IMG/VR virus record: IMGVR_UViG_3300032004_000032
Location: 1-39,561 of that record
DNA: 39,561 bases
Strand: one strand, 5' to 3'
Origin: a virus
The notes under the pieces are model-generated. The model searched no databases. It worked only from the letters and a program-made list of their open reading frames with translations, and had not been told where the DNA came from. Below are positions 25,583-35,321 of this stretch, piece after piece. A program made the position numbers and the translations under genes. Each line of letters starts with the position of its first letter. The stretch's first letter is position 1.

Positions 25583-26693
25583 CCTGGAGCTGCTGGTCAA
25601 CGGGATGAACTATGCGGGATGGACTCAGATAGGTGTCACGAGGGCGGTCGATGCTTCTTCAGGGGCGTTCACCGTAACGCTTACTGAGCGCTGGGAGGGA
25701 GAGGAAGGCGTGGCCGCTCAAACGGAGCCGTGGCCGATTATTCCGGGAGACCGGTGCGAGGTGAGGCTGGGCGGGATCGTGATGGTGATTGGTTATGTCG
25801 ATATCTTCAAACCGTCGTTCAGCGCCAATGACCACACCATCAACATTCAAGGCCGCGATCGGACCGCCGACTTGATTGATTGCAGCGCGGTCCACACCCC
25901 GGACGAGTGGAAGAATATAGATCTTCTGCGCTTCGCCCAAATCTTGGCCAAGCCGTTCGGCGTCGGCGTTTCGGCGGATGTGCCGCTGGGTGATGCGTTT
26001 TCGGTTTGCAAGTTGCAGCAGGGGGAGACGGCATTCGAGGCGATCGAGCGTTATGCCAGGCAGCGTCGGCTGTTGCTGATGCCTGATGGCGCCGGCGGCT
26101 TGCTGATCACCCGGGCCGGAAACAAACGGGCAACGGTTGGCCTGGTTCAGGGCGAAAACATTCTCAACGCATCGGGCAGCATCGATCACAGCCAGCGATT
26201 CAGTAATTACCTGGTCAAAGGGCAGGCCGCATACAGTCCTGACAGCGAAGGCGATACCGAGGCCCACATCGAAGGAGGCGCCAGTGACAGCGGAATCAGG
26301 CGCTACCGGCCCTTACTTGTAGTAGCCGAGTCCGGTGGCTCGAGCAGCAGCGCCCAGGAGCGCGCTACGTGGGAAGCTAACAGCCGCCTCGGCAAGTCGG
26401 CGTCTGCATCCATCACCGTCCAAGGTTGGCGCCAAAGCCCAGGCGGCCCCCTCTGGGAGGCTGGGATGCTGGTGCAGGTCAAGTCATCGTGGTTGCGTCT
26501 GGACGGGCAAATGATCATCCGCCAGGCCACCTACGAGCGTGGCGAAGGCGGCACCACAACGAAACTCGACATCGTCAGCCCACAGGCCTTTTCGCCTGAG
26601 CCCCCTGATTCCAAAAAAAGGAAAGCAGGAAAGAAGGGCGGGCGAAATATTTGGGCGGAAGCCATCGGGGAAGAGGACAAGAAAGATGGGTAA
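25575..26693 (+). CDS. Baseplate hub / late control D-like protein (Mu gpP-like)
   Basis: Order within the Mu-type baseplate module. Confidence 0.65.
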   Translation: MDDLELLVNGMNYAGWTQIGVTRAVDASSGAFTVTLTERWEGEEGVAAQTEPWPIIPGDRCEVRLGGIVMVIGYVDIFKPSFSANDHTINIQGRDRTADLIDCSAVHTPDEWKNIDLLRFAQILAKPFGVGVSADVPLGDAFSVCKLQQGETAFEAIERYARQRRLLLMPDGAGGLLITRAGNKRATVGLVQGENILNASGSIDHSQRFSNYLVKGQAAYSPDSEGDTEAHIEGGASDSGIRRYRPLLVVAESGGSSSSAQERATWEANSRLGKSASASITVQGWRQSPGGPLWEAGMLVQVKSSWLRLDGQMIIRQATYERGEGGTTTKLDIVSPQAFSPEPPDSKKRKAGKKGGRNIWAEAIGEEDKKDG

Positions 26694-27186
26694 CCCGATT
26701 CGCGATATCGGCAACCGCGTGATGATGATGTTCGCCCGGGGAGTGCTGCGCGACGTCAATGATGCAAACGGTCGGCAGCAATTGCAGGTTGAGTTGTTGA
26801 AGGGCGAGCTGCGTGATGGTGTCGAACGCATGCAAAACTACGGTTTCACCAGTCACCCGCTTGGCGGGGATGTTGCGTTTGCTGCCGTCGGTGGCAACCG
26901 GGAGCAGGGCATTGTGCTGGTCATCGATGATCGCCGGTACCGCATCCCAATGCTGGCTGGCGAGGTCGCAATGTACGACGACCTCGGCAACAAAATCGAG
27001 CTGCTGCGCGACATGGTAAAGGTCACTGCTGTGATCAAGGCACAGATTGTTGCCCCGGAAATCGAAATCATCGGCAATGTGAGAATCCAGGGGAACATCG
27101 AATCCAATGGGATGATCACGAACAATGGCAAGCGGGTTGACAGTACGCACACCCACTCGAATAGCGGCGCAGGAGTACCCAACTAA
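26686..27186 (+). CDS. Baseplate spike / assembly protein V (Mu gp45-like)
   Basis: MQNYGFTSHP...GNREQGIVLVIDD pattern. Confidence 0.7.
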   Translation: MGNPIRDIGNRVMMMFARGVLRDVNDANGRQQLQVELLKGELRDGVERMQNYGFTSHPLGGDVAFAAVGGNREQGIVLVIDDRRYRIPMLAGEVAMYDDLGNKIELLRDMVKVTAVIKAQIVAPEIEIIGNVRIQGNIESNGMITNNGKRVDSTHTHSNSGAGVPN

Positions 27187-27653
27187 TGGCCGATGCCGCA
27201 ATGGTTATGACCGAGTTCGGCGGCGATCTGGTGCTGTTTGGTTTCGACCTTGAACGTGATGATGGTTTGGAAACAGCCGTAATTATCAGCCTGTTCACCG
27301 ATCGCCGGGCGAGCGCCGATCAGATTCCGTCGGAGTACTCGCAGGATGACTTGCGTGGCTACTGGGGCGACATCAACAACGCGTCAGCCACCGATCAGAC
27401 CGGTTCATTGCTCTGGTTGCTGGCGCGTGAGAAGCAGTTGCCGCAGATCCTCAGTAGGGCTGAGCAGTACTGCCGCGAGGCTCTGGCCTGGATGATCGAC
27501 GACATGGTCGCCACAACCATCACCATCACCGCTTCGTTCTATTCGCTGGGCGTGATGCTGCTGGAGATCAACATCGACCGGCCAGCCGGCCCAGCGGTTC
27601 TCTACCGATATAACTATGAATGGTCGGCTCAGGCCGGCAAGAGGGCTGCCTGA
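27186..27653 (+). CDS. Baseplate protein (Mu gp46 / W-like)
   Basis: DDGLETAVIISLFTDRRA... GP46 pattern. Confidence 0.7.
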   Translation: MADAAMVMTEFGGDLVLFGFDLERDDGLETAVIISLFTDRRASADQIPSEYSQDDLRGYWGDINNASATDQTGSLLWLLAREKQLPQILSRAEQYCREALAWMIDDMVATTITITASFYSLGVMLLEINIDRPAGPAVLYRYNYEWSAQAGKRAA

Positions 27654-28711
27654 TGCCATTTGCTCGACCTACCTTACCGGAACTCATTGACCGGGTAATC
27701 ACTGATATCAGTGGACGCGTGACCGGCGTGCAGAGCGCGGTGCTGCGTCGTTCCCTGCTCGGCATAATCGGGCGATCCGAGGCTGGCGCCGTTCATATGC
27801 TGTACGGGTTCCTTGAATGGGCAGCCCGTCAGGCGATTATCGATACCGCCGAAAAAGAGTATCTCGAGCGGTGGGCGGCTATTTGGAAGGTGTTCCGAAA
27901 GGCGGCGGATTATTCCACCGGACCAGCACTGCTCAGCGGAGCGGTGGGGTCGACGATTCTCGCTGGAACGATCCTGCAGCGCCAGGACGGTGTCCAGTAT
28001 CGCGTTTTGGCTGACGGAGTTTTCACCGGGACCACGCTGCAGGTGACCGTTGTCGCTGTGGAGGCCGGAGCAGCTGGCGATTCACCGGCAGGTACGCCGC
28101 TGTTTCTTTTGTCACCGGTGGCTGGCGTGCAATCTACGGGATCGGCGCTCGCGGATATCGAAGGCGGCCTTGATGTTGAAACCGACCCTCAATTGCTCTC
28201 GCGCCTGTTACAGCGAATTCGCCAGCCCCCACATGGCGGATCGGCGGCCGATTACGAGTTGTGGGCGTTGGAGGTTCCCGGCGTAACGCGTGTTTGGGTA
28301 TATCCTCTGCAAATGGGCGCCGGCACGGTAACTGTGCTGTTTGTGTGCGACGGCGAGACCAACCTCATCCCGACGCCTGCGAAGGTTGCCGAGGTGCAGG
28401 CCAACATTGATGCCCGATGCCCGGTAACTGCCGAAGTATTCGTGGGCGCCCCCGTAGAAGACATGCTCAACATCACGGTAAAGCTGTCGCCAAATACGGC
28501 ATCTGTGCAGGCAGCAGTGAGAGCAGAGGTCGCCGATCTGATCGTGCGCGACTCGAAGCCCGGCGGGCCGATACTGATAAGCCGTCTGCGGGAGGCCGTA
28601 TCAATTGCCGCCGGCGAGTCCGACAACGCTATTACGTCGCCAACGGCAGACGTTGCGCACGCAACTGGCCACATGGCTGTTCCTGGAACAATCACCTTCT
28701 CCAGCTTGTAA
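27653..28711 (+). CDS. Baseplate J-like protein (Mu gp47-like)
   Basis: Size, order and the N-terminal PTLPELIDRV pattern. Confidence 0.7.
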   Translation: MPFARPTLPELIDRVITDISGRVTGVQSAVLRRSLLGIIGRSEAGAVHMLYGFLEWAARQAIIDTAEKEYLERWAAIWKVFRKAADYSTGPALLSGAVGSTILAGTILQRQDGVQYRVLADGVFTGTTLQVTVVAVEAGAAGDSPAGTPLFLLSPVAGVQSTGSALADIEGGLDVETDPQLLSRLLQRIRQPPHGGSAADYELWALEVPGVTRVWVYPLQMGAGTVTVLFVCDGETNLIPTPAKVAEVQANIDARCPVTAEVFVGAPVEDMLNITVKLSPNTASVQAAVRAEVADLIVRDSKPGGPILISRLREAVSIAAGESDNAITSPTADVAHATGHMAVPGTITFSSL

Positions 28712-28720
28712 GGAGGCGTA

Positions 28721-29311
28721 ATGCCGACAGCTGCCGACTACCTGGAGCAGCTGAAAACGCTGCTGCCTCCTGGTCAGGCATTCCCAAGGGAGGCCGGTAC
28801 CACGCTGCATGATCTTCTCGAAGGAATGTCTATCGAGCTTGCTCGTGTTGATGATCGCGGTGAAAGCCTACCGGTCGAGGCAATACCTGCGACCTCAAAT
28901 GAACTGCTCAGCGACTGGGAGCGAGTGGCGGGACTGCCCGATAAGTGCTCCGGCGTTCTAGAGGATACACTGCAGGGGCGCCGCAACGCTCTCCTAGCAA
29001 AGCTCGCCAGCACTGGCGGGCAGTCTTCCGCGTATTTCATCGAAATTGCCGCTGCGCTCGGTTACACCGTGACTATTGAAACATTTAAGCCGTTCCGCGC
29101 CGGTCTTTCTCGAGCAGGCGATGCGCTGACGAATGGGCCCTGGGCTTTCACTTGGCTCGTAAGGGCGCCAGAGGTCAGTGTCACGGCCTTCCGCGCCGGA
29201 CTTTCCGCCGCCGGCGAGCGGCTACGGACCTGGGGGAACGAGTCCCTCGAATGCAAAATAAATCAGTTGAAGCCAGCGCACACGATCGCGCTCTTCGCTT
29301 ATGGAGATTGA
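28721..29311 (+). CDS. Tail protein, Mu gp48-like (DUF2313)
   Basis: YLEQLKTLLPPGQAF...NELLSDWERVAGLP pattern. Confidence 0.7.
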   Translation: MPTAADYLEQLKTLLPPGQAFPREAGTTLHDLLEGMSIELARVDDRGESLPVEAIPATSNELLSDWERVAGLPDKCSGVLEDTLQGRRNALLAKLASTGGQSSAYFIEIAAALGYTVTIETFKPFRAGLSRAGDALTNGPWAFTWLVRAPEVSVTAFRAGLSAAGERLRTWGNESLECKINQLKPAHTIALFAYGD

Positions 29312-29314
29312 CGC

Positions 29315-29941
29315 ATGCACAGAATTGACGGGCCAGGCGCCACAGTCGATAACCATTTCACCGATGGTGATCCAGTTGGTGGCGTCCAAGCGACGGTTGT
29401 TACGGATGAATGGTTGAACGCCGTTCAAGAAGAAGTGATCGCCGTGATTGCCGATCCGGCAGTAACGCCTGCAATACCGCTAGACAAGGCGGCCAACAAT
29501 CAGCTCGTTACTGCGATCAAGCGACTTATTTCCTCTGGATACTCGCAGGCCACCGAGCTTCTCGCCGGTATTTCGAAAATTGCCACCCAGGCGCAGACCA
29601 ACGCCGGCACTGATGACGCGACTGTTGTAACTCCGAAGAAGCTGAAGAACGGTTTCCTGTTCAGCATCTCCACCAATGGTTACATCATCTTCCCTAGCTG
29701 GGCAGGTGGGTTTGGCGTGCAGTGGGGAGTGGTCGCCTCGCTGGCTTCAGGAGTGCCATTAACACAGGCGCTGCCTGTGTCCTTTGCGAACAACCTGCTT
29801 TGGTGCCTTGCAGCAGGATCAGACGCCGTAAACAACAACGCACTCGCCTGCAACGCTGCCCCCATCAGCACCTCCAGCATTCGATTGGCGCAGGCGTACG
29901 GTTCGGCCATGTCGGCTCGCTACGTGGCTATCGGCAACTAA
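29315..29941 (+). CDS. Short tail fibre protein (208 aa)
   Basis: N-terminal MHRIDGPGATVDNHFTDGDP, typical of tail fibres; followed by an assembly chaperone. Confidence 0.65.
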   Translation: MHRIDGPGATVDNHFTDGDPVGGVQATVVTDEWLNAVQEEVIAVIADPAVTPAIPLDKAANNQLVTAIKRLISSGYSQATELLAGISKIATQAQTNAGTDDATVVTPKKLKNGFLFSISTNGYIIFPSWAGGFGVQWGVVASLASGVPLTQALPVSFANNLLWCLAAGSDAVNNNALACNAAPISTSSIRLAQAYGSAMSARYVAIGN

Positions 29942-29955
29942 TCAAGGGATTAATC

Positions 29956-30357
29956 ATGCAGCGTCTTTATAGTCGCACCACCGGCAGCACCTATATCGTG
30001 GGCTACAACTCTGACATCCCTGATGACGCGGTTGAGATCACGGAGGACCGATATTACTCGGTGATCGCCAACCCTGATCCAGCAAAGATCAGGAGCCATA
30101 ACGATGAAGGCCTGCCGTTTCTGATCGACCCGCCTGCGCCAAGTGATGAAGAGGTGGCCGCGACGAACAAGCGGCAACAAGACGCTCTGCTCAGCCAAGC
30201 GTCTCAGGCTATGGCCCCGGTATTGGTCTCTCTGCAGCTTGGTGACGCCACGCCCTCAGAAACCGAGCTTGCGAAGAAGTGGCAGACCTATTACCGGGCG
30301 CTCCAGGCCGTCGACATTACCGTTTCTGCGCCCGACTGGCCCGCTTCGCCGGTCTGA
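29956..30357 (+). CDS. Tail fibre assembly protein
   Basis: 133 aa after the fibre gene; resembles the tail fibre assembly protein family. Confidence 0.55.
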   Translation: MQRLYSRTTGSTYIVGYNSDIPDDAVEITEDRYYSVIANPDPAKIRSHNDEGLPFLIDPPAPSDEEVAATNKRQQDALLSQASQAMAPVLVSLQLGDATPSETELAKKWQTYYRALQAVDITVSAPDWPASPV

Positions 30358-30370
30358 CTTGAGCTGTGAA

Positions 30371-30400
30371 GCCGCCCGCCAACAAGCGGGTATTTTTTTG
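30371..30400 (+). terminator. Weak hairpin plus T7 run after the tail module
   Basis: cccgc-caacaa-gcggg followed by tattttttt. Confidence 0.35.
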
Positions 30401-30413
30401 CCTGGAGAAACCT

Positions 30414-30839
30414 ATGCCTTCCACCGAAACCCGTGGGGTGCGCAACCGCAACCCTGGCAATATTGATTACAACCCGGCCAACCATTGGCAGGGGCAGCTC
30501 CAGCCCGATCCGGCTATCGAGAAGCGCTTTGCTCGGTTCGATACGCCGGAGAACGGGATCCGCGCGCTTAGCAAGCTGCTGTTGACCTATCAGCGCAAGC
30601 ACGGGCTCAAGACCGTGAAAGCGATCATCAGCCGCTGGGCGCCGGCGGCGGAGAACGACACGGCCGCCTACGTGCGCGCGGTGGAGGCGAACACCGGTAC
30701 CCGGCCTGGCGCCGAAGTGGATCTGAGTCAGCCGGCGGTTATGGCGGGTTTCGTCAAAGCGATCATCCATCACGAGAACGCAGGGTTTTCCTACCCGGAT
30801 GCGGTGCTGGCTGAAGGTGTGCGGCGGGCTCTCGCATGA
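30414..30839 (+). CDS. Putative endolysin (peptidoglycan hydrolase)
   Basis: ATG 30414 with GGAGA upstream; RNRNPGNI motif; directly precedes the spanins. Confidence 0.6.
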   Translation: MPSTETRGVRNRNPGNIDYNPANHWQGQLQPDPAIEKRFARFDTPENGIRALSKLLLTYQRKHGLKTVKAIISRWAPAAENDTAAYVRAVEANTGTRPGAEVDLSQPAVMAGFVKAIIHHENAGFSYPDAVLAEGVRRALA

Positions 30840-31357
30840 CTCCGGTGCAGAAGCTGGCAGGCCTGGTGGTGCTGGCCATAGCACTAATGGGCGGCACTGC
30901 GGGCGTGACCTGGCAGGTTCAGGAATGGCGGATGGGCAAGCAGCTAGCCGAGCAGGCCGGTCTTCACCAAGCCGACCTGGCCGAGATTAGTCGCGCAGCC
31001 GCGGCTCAGGCCCAGGCCGCCCAAGAGAAGCGCCTCGCCCTGGAGCAACAGCTGACCGCCAACGACCAAACCCACCACAAGGAACTGAGCGATGCTCAAA
31101 CAAACCAGGATCGCCTGCGCGATCGCCTTGCTACTGCTGATGTCCGGCTGTCAGTCCTCCTCGACGATTCAGCCAGTTGCAGCCCAGTGCTTGCCGCCTC
31201 CAGCGCCAGCGGCATGGTTCATGGAAGAACAAGAGCCCAACTTGACCCAGCGCATGCTCAAAGAATTATCGCCATCACCGACGCCGGCGACCGGGGGTTG
31301 ATCGCGCTGCGGGCGTGCCAGGCGTACGCGAACCAGATTAGCCGGGCCGCGGATTGA
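30836..31357 (+). CDS. Rz: i-spanin (Rz-like)
   Basis: N-terminal TM helix, coiled-coil, embedded lipoprotein ORF. Confidence 0.75.
   Translation: MTPVQKLAGLVVLAIALMGGTAGVTWQVQEWRMGKQLAEQAGLHQADLAEISRAAAAQAQAAQEKRLALEQQLTANDQTHHKELSDAQTNQDRLRDRLATADVRLSVLLDDSASCSPVLAASSASGMVHGRTRAQLDPAHAQRIIAITDAGDRGLIALRACQAYANQISRAAD
31092..31301 (+). CDS. Rz1: o-spanin (Rz1-like lipoprotein) nested in the +1 frame of Rz
   Basis: Signal peptide plus lipobox LLMSGC; proline-rich mature part; AAGGA SD. Confidence 0.7.
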   Translation: MLKQTRIACAIALLLLMSGCQSSSTIQPVAAQCLPPPAPAAWFMEEQEPNLTQRMLKELSPSPTPATGG

Positions 31358-31420
31358 GATGCGAGCGAGCATTTGAAGCTCTTTCGAAATAGTGCTTATT
31401 GATGATCAGGAGTTAAGCCA

Positions 31421-33070
31421 GTGACCGTAGTAGCTCCGGAATTCGACGCTGAAAACGTCAGCTATATTTTCCCTGACGGATCTGTCCACACACTTCAAGA
31501 TCTTTCGAACAAGATTATGGCGGATCTTGGGTTGAACGGGATTGGTTATCGGGGGCGGACCGCTGCCGAGGCGTTCCAAGGGATCGGCGTTTACCCTGAG
31601 GATTATGGCGCAATCAATCTCTTGGGCTCATCTTTTGACAGTACAGACTTTATCCATGCTGCTTTCGCCGCGGCCAAGGAGCTTGGCCGACCGTTGATTT
31701 GGCCTGGCAACTATAGCGCAACACACGTTGATTTCGACCAGCCTAACGGCATGACATTTGTATGTGGAGGCACACTTACAGGCCTGTCTACCGGTGATCC
31801 TAACGGCCAAGAATCAGTTATCTCATTCCGAAATTTCAACGACTTCAGGATGTACGGGCGCCTCGTTGTTAGTGCCAGATATAGGATTCACTACGCCGCA
31901 GCAGTTGCTATATACAGTGATAACGGAGCTGGCGCGAGTCAATGGAAGATTGATGGACTAACTACAGTTGCCGCTCAGCTTGGAACGCGAATCGGCCGAA
32001 GATCGGAACCCGACGCGCTGATCTCGGAGTGCACTCTTTCCGGTTGTGATTCGGTAAATTGCCCAACAGCTTTCGAAGTGATCGGGACTCAGACAGTTGT
32101 GAACCTAAGTTCGGTAAACGCAGTCAGCGGGGCAGGACACCCTCCCGCAGATGCAGCTTACGAATGGGGTAATCTCCCGCGCACCGGTATTCGAAACTTT
32201 GGCGCCAGCGTGAATATGAAAGGCGGTCAGGCGTTAATCACCGATGTCATCACTGGGCTTCTGTTCGACAACCGACCTATCGCCAGCCCGCTCGTTGGAA
32301 ACCGCTACGGGAAAATCGACGCCACCACGACCATTGAATCAGCGAGCCCCGTGTGCAGATTCTGGAATCCTGAGGGCATCGGGTCACTGGTTAGTGGTTC
32401 AGGTTCGGTAACGCTGCACAACTGTGACGGATACCACTCGCAGAACATTGCGCCGCTGATCCAGTGCGAGAATGATTTTACCGGTAAAATAACCGCAACT
32501 CATAACACCATGTACTTTACAGGTGTCCGGACTGTTCCTAATGTCCTGGTTGGCTCAGCCTCATGCGACATAGTCGTCGATGAGCACAGCTTCGGCAAAG
32601 GGCTTATGAAGGGCTTCGATTCGGTTATTGGTGGACGACTCTCATTCGGCTACCAAAAGATAGTGGATGTTTACGCACTATTCCAGTCCATTGCGTCCGG
32701 TGATTCAACTGCTCCTCTTGCATTTCAAATAAAGCCGAATACACCAGGTAACAACCGCTTCGCTGTAGGCTACAACACAATTACAGGGGTCTTCACTGTG
32801 CCTGATGGCGGACTTAAATCCGTACATGTCAGCCTGAGCTTGGACCAGGGCGCGCCCCGGCCAAACTCGAAGATTGTTGTAAACGTGGATGGCTACTCTC
32901 AGCATTTTGCTGGCGCGAATGGTGAGCGGTTTATTAATGCATCGTGGGACTTGGGCGACCTGGCCGCTGGATCGCAAATCCAGATTTACTATAAGGCTGG
33001 CATAGGAACGTCACAGTTTTATTTCAGCCCTAGCACTCAAGACAGGATGTCAATATCGGCGCGCGCGTGA
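31421..33070 (+). CDS. Beta-helix (pectate-lyase-like) receptor-binding or depolymerase-like protein with a C1q-like C-terminal domain; lower-GC cargo
   Basis: GTG 31421 after CAGGAG. GVYPEDYGA...FIHAAFAAAKELGRPLIWPGNY resembles the start of a Pectate_lyase_3 domain. Local GC is about 40-50% versus about 60% elsewhere. Confidence 0.55.
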   Translation: MTVVAPEFDAENVSYIFPDGSVHTLQDLSNKIMADLGLNGIGYRGRTAAEAFQGIGVYPEDYGAINLLGSSFDSTDFIHAAFAAAKELGRPLIWPGNYSATHVDFDQPNGMTFVCGGTLTGLSTGDPNGQESVISFRNFNDFRMYGRLVVSARYRIHYAAAVAIYSDNGAGASQWKIDGLTTVAAQLGTRIGRRSEPDALISECTLSGCDSVNCPTAFEVIGTQTVVNLSSVNAVSGAGHPPADAAYEWGNLPRTGIRNFGASVNMKGGQALITDVITGLLFDNRPIASPLVGNRYGKIDATTTIESASPVCRFWNPEGIGSLVSGSGSVTLHNCDGYHSQNIAPLIQCENDFTGKITATHNTMYFTGVRTVPNVLVGSASCDIVVDEHSFGKGLMKGFDSVIGGRLSFGYQKIVDVYALFQSIASGDSTAPLAFQIKPNTPGNNRFAVGYNTITGVFTVPDGGLKSVHVSLSLDQGAPRPNSKIVVNVDGYSQHFAGANGERFINASWDLGDLAAGSQIQIYYKAGIGTSQFYFSPSTQDRMSISARA

Positions 33071-33135
33071 TGATCAAAGACATCGCGCCTCATCAGATGC
33101 CATAATGAATTTTCCTATTTTTGTGGGTGAATCAC

Positions 33136-33282
33136 ATGGCAAATGTAAATCGTACGCACAAGCTCCGCGGTGATTCGAGCGGCTCGAAGTCCCTCACGCT
33201 GCTGTATGTCGCCGGCGCGCTTTTTGTTCTTGGAGCCGTGTTCGCTGGCGCTTTGGCGATTTACGCCGCCTTTTTCCATTGA
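33136..33282 (+). CDS. Candidate 48-aa single-TM peptide
   Basis: Read by hand: MANVNRTHKLRGDSSGSKSLTLLYVAGALFVLGAVFAGALAIYAAFFH. Below the ORF-track cutoff. Confidence 0.3.
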   Translation: MANVNRTHKLRGDSSGSKSLTLLYVAGALFVLGAVFAGALAIYAAFFH

Positions 33283-33547
33283 TGCATGGGATTGTGTTCG
33301 GTCGGCAGGACGCCTAGGGATGGCGCCGAGGTGTCTAATACCACCTCGGGCCTATTTGATTTCATTGGTCCAAATTGCGCGTAATTCGCCCTTGGATTTT
33401 AGACAGCCTAGAGCTACAGGCCGTGAAATTAGCGGCCTGTAGCCCGTCTCCGCTGATACTGCTGCATCATTGGGGTGTGGCTGGAAACGTCGGTATTCAA
33501 AGGCTTTGACTCTGCTTGTCTATTTGACACGGGGCAATTGTCTAATA
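33283..33547. other. Probable attP region next to int
   Basis: Non-coding. Hairpins ccgaggtg/cacctcgg (33331-33356) and gctacaggcc/ggcctgtagc (33412-33442). 10-bp direct repeat tgtctaatac at 33338-33347 and 33540-33549. Confidence 0.45.
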
Positions 33548-34525
33548 CTACAGGGATTTTTTCGGCATTGTTGGTGGCTCGGCGATGTCGATTTCACGCA
33601 GTCGCAGGTAGCGCGCCGTCATCTTCGGGTCAGTGTGGCCACCAAGCTTTTGGGCGTTGTTGCCTTGCTTGTCGGTGTCGGTGAGCGACTTCGCCCTGAG
33701 GTCGTGCAGCGTTGCGCCGACAACCCCAGCCGCCTTGCAGTTGCGCTTGAAAGCGTCTTTCACTGAGCTGTAATGGACTGGCTTTCCTCCTCGAGGAGAA
33801 CAGAAAAGCGTCATCCCTCGTATTGTTCGGGGCAGCGCCTTGATGCGCGACACCAATGCTTCAAGGTCCGGGCTCATCCGAACTATGAGCCGCGCGCCGG
33901 TCTTCTGTTGTTTGAACGCAATACCCTCCTCACTGATATCTGAAAGGTGGATGGACAGCACGTCGCTGATCCGTTGGCCGGTCAGGTAGCACATCTCATA
34001 GATGACCCGCATGTTCGGGCTCGCCTTCTCGCAGATCTTCGCGAACTCAGCATCGGTGATGTACCGATCGCGCCTTTTCTCTACGTGCCGCCGGATGCCT
34101 GTGCATGGATTCGAGTCCACCATCTGGTTTTCCAAGGCGTATGCAAAGACCATCCTCAAAAACGAGATAACCCGGTTCGACATGTTCGGCGTGTTAGCCA
34201 TGTGCATTTTCAGTGCGGCGACGTGCCGCGGCAGAACATCGCGCGGCTCGAAGTCGGCCAACGCTTCCTTAAGCCTGACGGCTGCAGCTTCGTATTGCTT
34301 GACTGTGTTGGGCGACAGTTTCGGGGCCATGTACGCCAGCGCGTCGTCGATCAGCCGTCCCATTCCGCCCTGATTACCCTTGTCGATGGCCTTGGCGTAC
34401 GCGACAAGCGAGTCCTGGAAGTCCGTGCCCAGCCGAACCCACTTGCCTTTGCGCACCAGGTAATAAGCCCCGTGCTTCTGGTACATGCACGCCGGCAGGT
34501 GCCGGTCTTTCTTACGAGGGCGCAT
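33548..34525 (-). CDS. int: Tyrosine integrase (lambda-type)
   Basis: TGQRISDV (R), HDLRAKSLTD (HxxR), GHTDPKMTARYLR (H...Y); AAGGAAG SD. Confidence 0.9.
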   Translation of the reverse strand: MRPRKKDRHLPACMYQKHGAYYLVRKGKWVRLGTDFQDSLVAYAKAIDKGNQGGMGRLIDDALAYMAPKLSPNTVKQYEAAAVRLKEALADFEPRDVLPRHVAALKMHMANTPNMSNRVISFLRMVFAYALENQMVDSNPCTGIRRHVEKRRDRYITDAEFAKICEKASPNMRVIYEMCYLTGQRISDVLSIHLSDISEEGIAFKQQKTGARLIVRMSPDLEALVSRIKALPRTIRGMTLFCSPRGGKPVHYSSVKDAFKRNCKAAGVVGATLHDLRAKSLTDTDKQGNNAQKLGGHTDPKMTARYLRLREIDIAEPPTMPKKSL

Positions 34526-34537
34526 TGTCTGTCTTCC

Positions 34538-34732
34538 TTAAGCCAGCCGGAGTTCCGGGCCTTTTTTCGATTGAATACCACCCAGGCGGCCGATGACAAC
34601 CTGGCGCAGCACCTTCGGCTTGCCATACCCATCGATGGCGAACCCGTATTTCTCGGCCTGTAGCCACTTGATCTGGGCGCCTGGCTTCGTGTAGCCGGTG
34701 AGTTCGGCCACTTCTTCAGCGGTCAAAAACAT
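34538..34732 (-). CDS. xis: Excisionase-like protein (DUF4224-type)
   Basis: MFLTAEEVAELTGYTKPGAQIKWL...; ATG 34732 with GGAG upstream; adjacent to int. Confidence 0.65.
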   Translation of the reverse strand: MFLTAEEVAELTGYTKPGAQIKWLQAEKYGFAIDGYGKPKVLRQVVIGRLGGIQSKKGPELRLA

Positions 34733-34775
34733 GTGTGTACTCCATGCCGCGCGTGGCGGCAGAAGGTGGTGGGGG

Positions 34776-35273
34776 TTATGCGCTGGCTTTTGCCAGCACC
34801 GCGTCGGCCACCGCCATGGCTGCTTGGGCGTCGTCGACATAGGCAGGATCGAACCCACCGGCCAAGTGGATGGTTGCTTGGCAGGCGCGCAGGTTCTCGC
34901 GGGTGAGCTTCAGTGCGGCGACCAGCTCTTCATGAAGTCCGCGCTCCTCTCGCCCGATATCCCAGAAGCGCTGGCCCCAATGCCCGTCTGGTGGCGGGTT
35001 GGAGTTTTGCGCGCCCATGGCCAGGGCACCGACAACGCAGTCCAGCAGGTCACGCTTGTAGGCGTTGTCCCCGTCAATGCTCAGGCCCTGGCGGCGCAGC
35101 GCGTCGAGGGCGTTGTTGAGGTTTGCCTCGGGCGATGGCAGCACCAGGTCGAAATCGGCCTTGCCGGGGCGGCACACCACCAGGAACATTTGGCAGTCGA
35201 GCGGCAGGCGCTGGGCGATATCGGAGATTGCATCGATCGCCACATCACGCAGCAAGGATTTTTCATCAGACAT
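34776..35273 (-). CDS. Hypothetical protein (165 aa)
   Basis: ATG 35273 with GAGGA upstream. Confidence 0.55.
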   Translation of the reverse strand: MSDEKSLLRDVAIDAISDIAQRLPLDCQMFLVVCRPGKADFDLVLPSPEANLNNALDALRRQGLSIDGDNAYKRDLLDCVVGALAMGAQNSNPPPDGHWGQRFWDIGREERGLHEELVAALKLTRENLRACQATIHLAGGFDPAYVDDAQAAMAVADAVLAKASA

Positions 35274-35321
35274 AGGAGTTCCTCGCCCGCCGTTCACCGG
35301 CAGGCTGTAGGTGGATTGGGG

